Shown here: positions 1-5,895 of the stretch, piece after piece
Layout: each line of letters opens with the position of its first letter
Numbering within the stretch: the first letter of the stretch is position 1
IMG/VR virus record: IMGVR_UViG_3300011631_000001
Location: 1-6,887 of that record
Source: a virus
DNA: 6,887 nucleotides
Direction: 5' to 3' (one strand)
The notes under the pieces: model-generated
What the model was told of the DNA's origin: nothing
What the model saw: the letters and a program-made list of their open reading frames with translations, nothing else
Database searches by the model: none
Program-made: the position numbers and the translations under genes

Positions 1-454
1 TTGATGCAGAATCCGGGTTTTGCTGGCAAACATCCCAGGTGAACCGGTTGATATTCAAACTGCCCATAATCCGGGCGTAATGCTGATGCCGGTTAATGAG
101 GCCACGTGTGAACGTATCTAATTGACCAACAACCTTCTGGCAAACCAGAAAGATATCGAAGCCCTTGTGACGATGAACCGCGAGTTTCTTCACATGGTCT
201 GGCGTGCCCTGCGCACCATGTTTCGTGGGAAATATATTGTAAGCCTCATCGAAGATGATGACAGAATTAGATGGCAGATCATGCCATTGCTTGGCCTGCT
301 CCTCGTTAAGCTCATTCCAGCCATATTCCGGGTTAAGGTTGCGAATACCGAAGTAGTAGATATCACGCCCTTGGAATTGTTTGCCTTCACGAATGAATTT
401 AATGGTGTTTAAGGTTTTACCAGAGCCGGGCGTACCCGTGACTAGATAGAGCAT
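1..454 (-). CDS. Zot/pI-like assembly ATPase, N-terminal part. The gene runs off the left edge and continues at 6887..6124 through the circular junction, for 370 aa in total.
   Basis: The ATG is at 454..452. Reverse-complement translation gives MLYLVTGTPGSGKTLNTIKFIREGKQFQGRDIYYFG..., with Walker A GTPGSGKT and a Walker B-like VIIFDEA. The start overlaps the stop of the upstream ORF as TAATG. The ORF track misses it because it lacks a stop inside the window. Confidence 0.9.
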   Translation of the reverse strand, partial: MLYLVTGTPGSGKTLNTIKFIREGKQFQGRDIYYFGIRNLNPEYGWNELNEEQAKQWHDLPSNSVIIFDEAYNIFPTKHGAQGTPDHVKKLAVHRHKGFDIFLVCQKVVGQLDTFTRGLINRHQHYARIMGSLNINRFTWDVCQQNPDSAS

Positions 455-783
455 TATTTAGCCTTCCCGAACGTGACACGATTATAGACGCCCATCGCCT
501 GTTTGATCGCGATTGCACCGATATAGGCACTGGTAACAACTTGGATTGCATGCGGGACATTGAGCGAGACAGCAACTTCCCAAAACTGTCCACCAACGCC
601 CGAGGTATTGCGAATAATCCACGCCTCGATTTGTCCGGTAATAATATTGAGCGCCTTGAACGTGACCAGCCCAATGCCAAGCGCCGCAATAACCCGAGTA
701 ATGGCGTAACCAATTACATACTTGGCAGCAGTCGCAACGACTCCAGAAATACCAGCAGCAGTCAGAACTAGCGGTAATGGCAT
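454..783 (-). CDS. pVI-like minor coat / membrane protein (109 aa)
   Basis: This is a very hydrophobic protein of about 110 aa (MPLPLVLTAAGISGVVATAAKYVIGYAITRVIAALGIGLVTF...). It sits between the pIII-like and pI-like genes, as gene VI does in Ff. It has TAATG start/stop overlaps at both ends (783 and 454). Confidence 0.6.
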   Translation of the reverse strand: MPLPLVLTAAGISGVVATAAKYVIGYAITRVIAALGIGLVTFKALNIITGQIEAWIIRNTSGVGGQFWEVAVSLNVPHAIQVVTSAYIGAIAIKQAMGVYNRVTFGKAK

Positions 784-2132
784 TAGTCACCCCTCGCCAA
801 TGCGTTAAACAGAATCCAGCCACCAGCCAGATACGAGAAAAAGAATATAACAGCCGATATAACGTTGAAGATGGAACAGTTAACTGTCCAAGGCAGCTGG
901 ATAGGTCCCCAGCGCGTAGAAATAATGTCGTCTTGCAATGGGCACGAAGCGGACGGCCCGGAAGTATAAAGCCCGGAGATAATGCCCTGCACTTCGCTAT
1001 CCATATTCTGCGCATCTTTACCAATTACGTTATCGAGCGTATCGGCATTAACTAGCCCTTCCTGCTGGAGACCAGTCGCAAGCGCGGGGCCTTTCAATTC
1101 ATCGCCAGCGCACATGGTGTGCCATTGCTGTTTAAGCAATTCACCCAGGAGCGGATCACCGGAATACGTAGGAGGCGTTTCGCAATTGTCGGAAGCAGTC
1201 GCTGAACCGGGCTTAGGATCTTCGCCATCACCATAACCAGGGCCAGAGCCATCACCAGGAAGCGTACCGCCGCCGTCGCCACCTCCATCACCGCCACCAT
1301 CACCATCACCGCCACCATCACCATCACCGCCACCATCGCCGCCACCGCCGCCACCGCCGCCTCCGGTGCCTGGGTCAGTTGGATCGGTCGGTTCGGTTGG
1401 ATCAGTGGGATTTTTGTAGCAAGTGCCGTTAGAGACGGTCCAACCCGGAGGGCACTGTGGGTCATCAGGATTAGATGGCGGGGCGTCTGGAGTATCTGGA
1501 GGATTTAACGGATCGCCGGTCTCTGAAAGCTCATAACTCTCAGCTGAACAGTTCTCGCCGTTACTTTCGATTATGAAATTGCAATAACCTTGCGTGGTAC
1601 TTCCAGACTCTAGGTAGCAACTAACTGACCTAGGGTTTTCTTGAGGAACATAGGTGCACTGTTGGTAGCACATACTCCGAGGCTTAGAACTAACGTATCT
1701 AGTGCCGCCAGTTTCAATAACCGTCCCCATGGTCCCTTTAGACGGGAAAGGGTCGCCAACAGGGCATTCAGGAGGCGGTGCTACGCATTCGCCGGTTGCG
1801 GGGTTGTATTCAGAGCCAGAGGGGCATTTAGCACCATAGCGAACAACCTGGCCCAAGAGTCTATCAGTGGATGCAATAGAGCCATCCGGGCGGAGATAAT
1901 TACCCCAACATTGTTTGGCTTTAGGGTCGCCAGTATCGCGAAGATATACAAACTGCATGGTTTGGCCATAACTACCCGTTGTGCGCCCATCATAACCGGC
2001 AATACACGCCAACGATGCAGAAGGATGATTCCCATACGTGCCGGTGTTATTTCTTGACCAGTAATAATCCTCCGCACTAACAGGCGCATGCCAAAGCACC
2101 GCAGCCAGCAATATCAGCCATATCCTCCTCAT
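783..2132 (-). CDS. pIII-like minor coat / adsorption protein (449 aa from the ATG at 2132; the tracked ORF begins at an upstream TTG at 2147)
   Basis: The signal peptide is MRRIWLILLAAVLWHAPVSA|ED. The N-terminal part is Cys-rich. A PTDPTEPTDPTDP plus G9/(GGGD)n linker follows. The C-terminal hydrophobic anchor is VISAVIFFFSYLAGGWILFNAL. A GGGGA Shine-Dalgarno sequence lies upstream of the ATG at 2132. The gene follows the major coat gene and its terminator. Confidence 0.75.
   Translation of the reverse strand: MRRIWLILLAAVLWHAPVSAEDYYWSRNNTGTYGNHPSASLACIAGYDGRTTGSYGQTMQFVYLRDTGDPKAKQCWGNYLRPDGSIASTDRLLGQVVRYGAKCPSGSEYNPATGECVAPPPECPVGDPFPSKGTMGTVIETGGTRYVSSKPRSMCYQQCTYVPQENPRSVSCYLESGSTTQGYCNFIIESNGENCSAESYELSETGDPLNPPDTPDAPPSNPDDPQCPPGWTVSNGTCYKNPTDPTEPTDPTDPGTGGGGGGGGGDGGGDGDGGGDGDGGGDGGGDGGGTLPGDGSGPGYGDGEDPKPGSATASDNCETPPTYSGDPLLGELLKQQWHTMCAGDELKGPALATGLQQEGLVNADTLDNVIGKDAQNMDSEVQGIISGLYTSGPSASCPLQDDIISTRWGPIQLPWTVNCSIFNVISAVIFFFSYLAGGWILFNALARGD
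1268..1409 (-). repeat. In-frame tandem repeats encoding the Gly/Asp and Pro/Thr/Asp linkers of the pIII-like protein
   Basis: The plus strand shows reiterated caccatcaccgccaccat / gccgccaccgcc units (1268-1364), followed by ggatcggtcggttcggttggatc units. These translate as GGGDGDGGGDGDGGGDGGGDGGG, G9 and PTDPTEPTDPTDP. Confidence 0.85.
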
Positions 2133-2220
2133 GTCACGCGTCCCCAATCAGGCTGAAAAAAGAATGTGCATACCCAGCAGCCAAACGGCCAATATATAAA
2201 TGCTCATAAGTAAACACCGG

Positions 2221-2249
2221 AAATAAAAACGGCCCCCGCTGGAGGCCGT
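2221..2249 (-). terminator. Rho-independent terminator downstream of the major coat gene
   Basis: The minus strand reads ACGGCCTCC-AGC-GGGGGCCGT, a 9-bp stem with one G.U pair, followed by TTTTTATTT. Its position matches the post-gene-VIII terminator of Ff phages. Confidence 0.7.
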
Positions 2250-2336
2250 GAAGGTTAGTTGGCGGGTAGTGGTGATGGTGTGTGTGTGATGCTGCGCCTC
2301 ACTCCCCCACCCTCACCCCTTCCCGCTGACGGCCCG

Positions 2337-2534
2337 TTACTTGATGCGACGGTAAAGCGCGAAGCCAGCCATGCAGATACCGGCGAAGATGATTGCAGCA
2401 GCAATCAGCGTGGTGGCGGCAGTACCGGCCGAAGTCAGCTCATCAACAGCACCGGAGACGTCGATAGCGGCAAAGGCCGGAACCGAAGCAGCGGTCAGAG
2501 CACCAACAGCGAACAGATTTTTGAGTTGTTTCAT
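2337..2534 (-). CDS. Major coat protein (pVIII-like), 65-aa precursor
   Basis: The signal peptide is MKQLKNLFAVGALTAASVPAFA|A. The mature protein is about 43 aa, with an acidic N-terminus (D,D,E), a hydrophobic core TLIAAAIIFAGICMAGFAL and a basic C-terminus YRRIK. A strong Shine-Dalgarno sequence, TAAGGAT, lies 7 nt upstream of the ATG. Confidence 0.9.
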   Translation of the reverse strand: MKQLKNLFAVGALTAASVPAFAAIDVSGAVDELTSAGTAATTLIAAAIIFAGICMAGFALYRRIK

Positions 2535-2545
2535 GATTGTAATCC

Positions 2546-2767
2546 TTAATCAGAAGTGCCGGACTTTAAGAGATTCCCAACCAGTCCGCGTCCGGCGAAA
2601 CAGATAGCTAGGAATAGGGTTGTAGCGCTCATGAGTGCGCCAAGTTGTACCGTATCCAACTCAAACAACGGAAACATGGGCTGCATGTATTCCCACTGCG
2701 TACATGTCGGATAACCGTCAACAATTTGAAGATTATTCAATTCGCAAGTTAGGAACACTTTCGACAT
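2546..2767 (-). CDS. Small membrane protein (73 aa), positional analogue of minor coat proteins pVII/pIX
   Basis: A C-terminal transmembrane segment is present (LGALMSATTLFLAICFAGRGLV). The gene is tightly packed: the ATG lies 2 nt after the upstream stop, and its own stop overlaps the Shine-Dalgarno sequence of the coat gene. The function is inferred from position only. Confidence 0.55.
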   Translation of the reverse strand: MSKVFLTCELNNLQIVDGYPTCTQWEYMQPMFPLFELDTVQLGALMSATTLFLAICFAGRGLVGNLLKSGTSD

Positions 2768-2769
2768 TG

Positions 2770-3117
2770 TTAGTTAGCGCCTGAAGCAACAGCAGCAGGG
2801 CGCGGCTGAACACGCTGGACAGGAACTGGCAGACCATCATCAGAAAGCCAAAGGTCCATGCCGAACGCGGTGCCTGTTTTGGCCTTCCAGGCTTTGGCAT
2901 ATACCGGGACGGCAACTTGTTTGCCGATGTACGCCTTATAAGCGTTCTCGATGCCTGCATCGAGTTGGCGCTTCGAGACTTTCAGGCCGACCGATTTTTC
3001 GGTTTCTTGGCCGAACTCGTCTTTACCAGGAGCAGTAAGTACCAAGTAATGTTCGATGATGCCATTCATCTTTTCTTTCGACGCGATGCCCTTGCACAGG
3101 CCCAGTTGTACCAGCAT
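2770..3117 (-). CDS. Putative ssDNA-binding protein (pV position), 115 aa from the ATG at 3117 (the tracked ORF extends to a GTG at 3180)
   Basis: The gene sits between the replication initiator and the coat module. The internal ATG at 3117 is preceded by GAGGT plus a 7-nt spacer, whereas the GTG at 3180 has no Shine-Dalgarno sequence. The sequence is MLVQLGLCKGIASKEKMNGIIEHYLVLTAPGKDEFGQ... The function is positional inference only. Confidence 0.5.
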   Translation of the reverse strand: MLVQLGLCKGIASKEKMNGIIEHYLVLTAPGKDEFGQETEKSVGLKVSKRQLDAGIENAYKAYIGKQVAVPVYAKAWKAKTGTAFGMDLWLSDDGLPVPVQRVQPRPAAVASGAN

Positions 3118-3214
3118 GGTGATTACCTCGGTTATGAACGGGCCCAACGCCCGAGAAAGTGAATTGCCAACAGTCCGCACATAGTGACGACCAGGACGTT
3201 GATAGTTGCGGCGA

Positions 3215-4477
3215 TCATGCAGCTTCTACCGATGGCTCAACGTACCAACCAGGACGTTGCGCACTGAAGTCAACTTGCAGAAAGCGCAGGATCGGAATGA
3301 CGTTGTTTTTCTGGTCATCCATCTTCAACTTCTGCAAAGCGGCCTTTGAGAGTCCGCATTCGCAAATCTGGTCAACATGCCGGTAGAACGTGGCGCGGGA
3401 CATCGAGTCCATAGTTTCCTGCCAGCCGTAGTCCTTGATGCTGCGGTATGTGCGAAACAGGTTGAGAGCAACTGTCTCATTAGCTTTCCCGTTCTTTCCG
3501 AACTTCGTCCAACGGGCTTTAAGTGCGGCCAGCACTTTTTCATCGTTAATTACTCGCATAGAGATACCTTCAAAAGCCGCAAACAGTTCTTTGGTTACTT
3601 GTTCCCAACACCACTGAATAAAACAACTCCCCTGCTCTTCAAGCCGCTCCTGGTAGTCGCACAGGGCCCATAAATTCGTCGGGATGTTTCTGCGCTCAAG
3701 CCAGCGATGCATAACAGTGGCTTCGAGACGAAGAAGGTTTTCCGCCCACTCCTGGAGCGCCGGGTTCTGGAGAACCGCAAGCAGCCGGTGAGCCGCAAAC
3801 GCCTGGGACGGAACAAAGTTGGCGCCGCCATAGGCACGAGCGGCCTTGATGGCTTCAGCGAGCTGGCGGCGAAACTCTGGGCCTTTGAGGTAGGCTTTGA
3901 GCTTGCGCAGACGGGTTTCCTTGGAGCCCCAATAGGCCGTGGTTTCGTAGTCGTCACCACGGTTGCGGGTCTGGCCGTTGCTGACCCCGCGAAGCGCCTG
4001 GATCAGTTGGAGAGCGGTGCGCTCATCGGGCAGACGGGCGGAATAGGTGCAATCGATGCCGTAGACCTCGGCGGCTTGCCAGTCCAGCAAGGCCCAGAGC
4101 TTCGGGTAGGACCCGGCAAGCCACTTCAACATGACCTCGCCACCCTTGCGGATCGAGGTCGGCCCGAACACGTTGTGCCCCTGGAGCAGCTTGGCCGGGC
4201 TGGCTTTCAGCTCAACGCCGGGCTGCACACGTTTTCCGAGGGACTGGTGAAACACCTTGAAGGCGAGCGGCGTAAAGCCGGTCGAAAGGCTTTCCCACGC
4301 GTGGCTGATGTCCTCGACCTGATAACCACCCTTTCCGTCTGCAAGAACGCTGGTGGCACGAAGCGGAACACCGAGCTCTTCCAGGTCAACGATCAAAAGC
4401 TCATTGCCGCGCTTACCAGTGCTGGTAGCGATGGCCTGAGCCTTGAACGGTACGAAGAGGTGGATTTTATCGAGCAT
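3215..4477 (-). CDS. Rolling-circle replication initiation protein (pII-like), 420 aa
   Basis: The N-terminus is MLDKIHLFVPF. The motif KASPAKLLQGHNVFGP resembles the conserved GNPxKxxQGHNxFG block of filamentous-phage gene II proteins. LKAYLKGPE is a candidate catalytic-Tyr region. Size and position fit the family. Confidence 0.88.
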   Translation of the reverse strand: MLDKIHLFVPFKAQAIATSTGKRGNELLIVDLEELGVPLRATSVLADGKGGYQVEDISHAWESLSTGFTPLAFKVFHQSLGKRVQPGVELKASPAKLLQGHNVFGPTSIRKGGEVMLKWLAGSYPKLWALLDWQAAEVYGIDCTYSARLPDERTALQLIQALRGVSNGQTRNRGDDYETTAYWGSKETRLRKLKAYLKGPEFRRQLAEAIKAARAYGGANFVPSQAFAAHRLLAVLQNPALQEWAENLLRLEATVMHRWLERRNIPTNLWALCDYQERLEEQGSCFIQWCWEQVTKELFAAFEGISMRVINDEKVLAALKARWTKFGKNGKANETVALNLFRTYRSIKDYGWQETMDSMSRATFYRHVDQICECGLSKAALQKLKMDDQKNNVIPILRFLQVDFSAQRPGWYVEPSVEAA

Positions 4478-4487
4478 GCCGGTATTC

Positions 4488-4557
4488 CGTTACAGCGTTA
4501 CACGTTACGCGATGGCGGAACTTATACGCCGTAACTCGTTACAAAGCAACACGTGAC
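4488..4557. promoter_or_regulatory. Iteron/operator cluster in the divergent intergenic region
   Basis: CGTTAC occurs at 4488, 4496, 4503 and 4537. An inverted GTAAC lies at 4531, and the variant CGTGAC at 4552 lies within CACGTG. Confidence 0.5.
4521..4549 (-). promoter_or_regulatory. Candidate sigma70 promoter for the replication/structural operon
   Basis: The minus strand reads TTGCTT (4549-4544), a 17-nt spacer, then TATAAG (4526-4521). The spacer contains the palindrome GTAAC-TC-GTTAC (4531-4542). Confidence 0.45.
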
Positions 4558-4586
4558 AGAATAACCAGCATCAGAGGAACACCAGG

Positions 4587-4787
4587 ATGACGACAGTGAC
4601 CAAGCCCTACCGTGTGCGAGATGAGTTCGCAGACTCGATCAAAGAGAGGCGGATCAACATGATCGTCGAGACCCGCGAAGACATAGCCGAAGCCGACCTA
4701 GTGAACGCGACGCTCTGGAAGTATCTCGACCAAATAACCACAAAGGATGTAATGAAATACCGCGAAGAAGTGCTCAAGAAAGACTGA
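4587..4787 (+). CDS. Small regulator candidate (66 aa), possibly a ribbon-helix-helix repressor; the only plus-strand gene
   Basis: The gene diverges from the pII-like gene, as immunity or repressor genes do in several integrative inoviruses. A GAGGA Shine-Dalgarno sequence lies upstream. The pattern KPYRVRDEFADSIKERRINMIVETREDIAEADLVNATLWKYL is compatible with a beta-strand followed by two helices. The fold assignment is inference. Confidence 0.55.
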   Translation: MTTVTKPYRVRDEFADSIKERRINMIVETREDIAEADLVNATLWKYLDQITTKDVMKYREEVLKKD

Positions 4788-4804
4788 GCAGAAATCGCGC
4801 AAAA

Positions 4805-4859
4805 GTCTCACCATGAGACAAGAGTCCACCATTAGAGATGGTGGACCCGGCTGCGCCGG
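4805..4859. other. Three consecutive hairpins; candidate origin or packaging-signal structures
   Basis: The three are GTCTCA-cca-TGAGAC (4805-4819), GTCCACCAT-tagag-ATGGTGGAC (4824-4846, a perfect 9-bp stem) and CCGG-ctgcg-CCGG (4847-4859). They lie in the only long non-coding region. Confidence 0.45.
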
Positions 4860-5017
4860 TGAAGCCAAAGCGCGGCGGAACCACTGCAACTTCGTGACCT
4901 AACCGTCAGCGGTGCTGATGATCCTGGGAGACTGCCAGGCAGGCGCTCGGAGTGGCCTAGTTTGGGCAAATCAGGGCGCGGGTGGAGTTTGTAGCGGGAC
5001 AGTAGAACGAGGATCGC

Positions 5018-5060
5018 GAAAAGCCCCTGGCGAGCCGTTGAGGCCGTCAGGGGCTTTTTC
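5018..5060. terminator. Bidirectional rho-independent terminator between convergent transcription units
   Basis: The sequence is GAAAAGCCCCTG...CAGGGGCTTTTTC. The 8-bp GC-rich stem (5022-5029 with 5048-5055) is flanked by an A-tract on one side and a T-tract on the other. Confidence 0.6.
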
Positions 5061-5171
5061 GTTGTCGTGGGTTGAGGCCGCTTCGCGGGTACCGTCGCGG
5101 TGACGACGAGGCAGTCAGTTCAGGTCGTGCAGGCGACTAATCGCCGCGAGCGGCGAGGTCGAGGCAGCAGG

Positions 5172-5426
5172 TCACTCGTACAGGTCAGACTGTCCGGTTT
5201 TCTCAAGAAGCTGAGTAGCAGAGGCGCGGGCCTGCTCGATGATGTGGCGGAGCCGACGAATCTCGGTTCGCTGGCTGTCGATGACTTCGTGCAGCTCCTG
5301 ATTCTTGCGGTGCAGGTCGATTGCATCGAATGCGGCCATTCTGAATGCCTTGCTGGCAACCTTCTGGCCGTAATGCATCTTGAGGCGGTCGCCTTCCTCG
5401 TTCGTCACGTCGAATTTGATCAGCAT
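5172..5426 (-). CDS. Hypothetical protein (84 aa from the ATG at 5426), with a predicted coiled-coil C-terminal half
   Basis: The sequence is MLIKFDVTNEEGDRLKMHYGQKVASKAFRMAAFDAIDLHRKNQELHEVIDSQRTEIRRLRHIIEQARASATQLLEK... An AAGGA lies upstream. The longer tracked ORF (to 5504) overlaps the upstream gene. Confidence 0.5.
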   Translation of the reverse strand: MLIKFDVTNEEGDRLKMHYGQKVASKAFRMAAFDAIDLHRKNQELHEVIDSQRTEIRRLRHIIEQARASATQLLEKTGQSDLYE

Positions 5427-5482
5427 TTTAGTACCGTTCCTTTTGTCCTGGTTGGTTCCTCGACGAGGAAAACAGTACCAAA

Positions 5483-5698
5483 TCAATCTTCGCCGAGAGC
5501 CCAATTCAGGCCGTCACGCAGAGCATAAGCAACAAGGCCATAACCAACATTCGACTCAATGTGAACGCCGCCATCAGGGCCAATGATGCGGAACTCATAA
5601 CTCCCATTGTCGCCGTCCCCGAACACCTCAACGACGTGATGACCGTCGACGTCGATACGGTGAAAGGTAGTAACGTCATCAGTAAACTTAAGTACCAT
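5483..5698 (-). CDS. Hypothetical acidic protein (71 aa from the ATG at 5698)
   Basis: The sequence is MVLKFTDDVTTFHRIDVDGHHVVEVFGDGDNGSYEFRIIGPDGGVHIESNVGYGLVAYALRDGLNWALGED. A strong Shine-Dalgarno sequence, CAGGAG, lies 8 nt upstream of the ATG at 5698. Confidence 0.55.
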   Translation of the reverse strand: MVLKFTDDVTTFHRIDVDGHHVVEVFGDGDNGSYEFRIIGPDGGVHIESNVGYGLVAYALRDGLNWALGED

Positions 5699-5732
5699 TT
5701 TAGCGCTCCTGGTTTCGTCCTGGTATGCGCTT

Positions 5733-5818
5733 ATGGTACCAAAACGGAAAGAGGGCAGCAAGTGTTTTGGTACCATTTTTCATCCTGGAATATCTTGCTC
5801 GAGGAGCAAAATGGTACC
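5733..5818. promoter_or_regulatory. Array of GGTACC-centred palindromic operator-like sites, with a candidate minus-strand promoter
   Basis: GGTACC occurs at 5735, 5769 and 5813. GGTACCAAAAC (5735-5745) and GTTTTGGTACC (5764-5774) form a perfect 11-bp inverted repeat. On the minus strand, TTGCTG (5761-5756), a 17-nt spacer and TACCAT (5738-5733) could form a promoter whose -10 element lies in an operator. Confidence 0.45.
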
Positions 5819-5821
5819 GGC

Positions 5822-5850
5822 GCATCGCATAATCCGCCGTTATGTTACGC
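5822..5850 (+). other. dif-like XerC/XerD site A (7-nt central region)
   Basis: The site reads GCATCGCATAA-TCCGCCG-TTATGTTACGC. The E. coli dif consensus is GGTGCGCATAA-TGTATA-TTATGTTAAAT. The XerC arm matches 8/11 and the XerD arm 8/11, with the inner bases perfect in both. Confidence 0.6.
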
Positions 5851-5895
5851 CTGCCCTACGGGCTGCGCTGGCCACAGGATAGTCCCAGCGCACCG

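Noticed and set aside
122-412. 96-aa plus-strand ORF with a TTG start, and the 190-390 minus-strand ORF
   Set aside because: Both overlap the Walker-A/Walker-B region of the Zot-like gene, which reads in another minus-strand frame. The Zot frame explains the region fully.
482-1024. 180-aa minus-strand ORF, with plus-strand ORFs 541-771, 777-1055 and 982-1236
   Set aside because: These are alternative frames overlapping the pVI-like and pIII-like genes. Their composition is Cys/Arg/Trp-rich and not protein-like, and they have no translational signals.
1268-1364. Short regular repeats considered as a possible CRISPR-like array
   Set aside because: The repeats are contiguous, with no spacers. 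They are in frame and code for a Gly/Asp linker. No CRISPR, tRNA or rRNA features were seen anywhere in the window.
1094-1465. 123-aa ORF with VAVMVMVAV/AAVAA repeats
   Set aside because: It is an out-of-frame reading of the Gly/Asp repeat DNA of the pIII-like linker, so it is an artefact of low-complexity sequence.
1641-2089. Plus-strand 138-aa ORF and minus-strand 102-aa ORF inside the pIII region
   Set aside because: They overlap the signal-peptide-bearing pIII-like frame and have no independent support.
2148-2207. 19-aa hydrophobic mini-ORF (MSIYILAVWLLGMHILFSA) between the coat terminator and the pIII-like gene
   Set aside because: It is tempting as a missing pVII/pIX-like minor coat protein. 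However, it has no Shine-Dalgarno sequence, it starts right after the terminator T-tract, and it is shorter than a membrane span. It is worth a proteomics look only.
2259-2607. Plus-strand ORFs 2259-2549 and 2371-2607
   Set aside because: They are antisense to the major coat gene and the small membrane-protein gene, and they span the terminator and G-rich spacer.
2733-2960. 75-aa minus-strand ORF and plus-strand ORF 2917-3162
   Set aside because: They are alternative or antisense frames of the pV-position gene.
3707-4534. 275-aa plus-strand ORF
   Set aside because: It is entirely antisense to the well-supported pII-like gene. It has an Arg/Gly/Ala-rich composition typical of the antisense frame of a GC-rich gene. 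It has no Shine-Dalgarno sequence and no recognisable motif.
4912-5528. Plus-strand ORFs 4912-5103 and 5100-5528, and minus-strand ORF 5120-5359
   Set aside because: They run through the hairpin and terminator region, or antisense or out of frame to the 84-aa ORF. They are Arg/Ser/Gly-rich and have no Shine-Dalgarno sequence.
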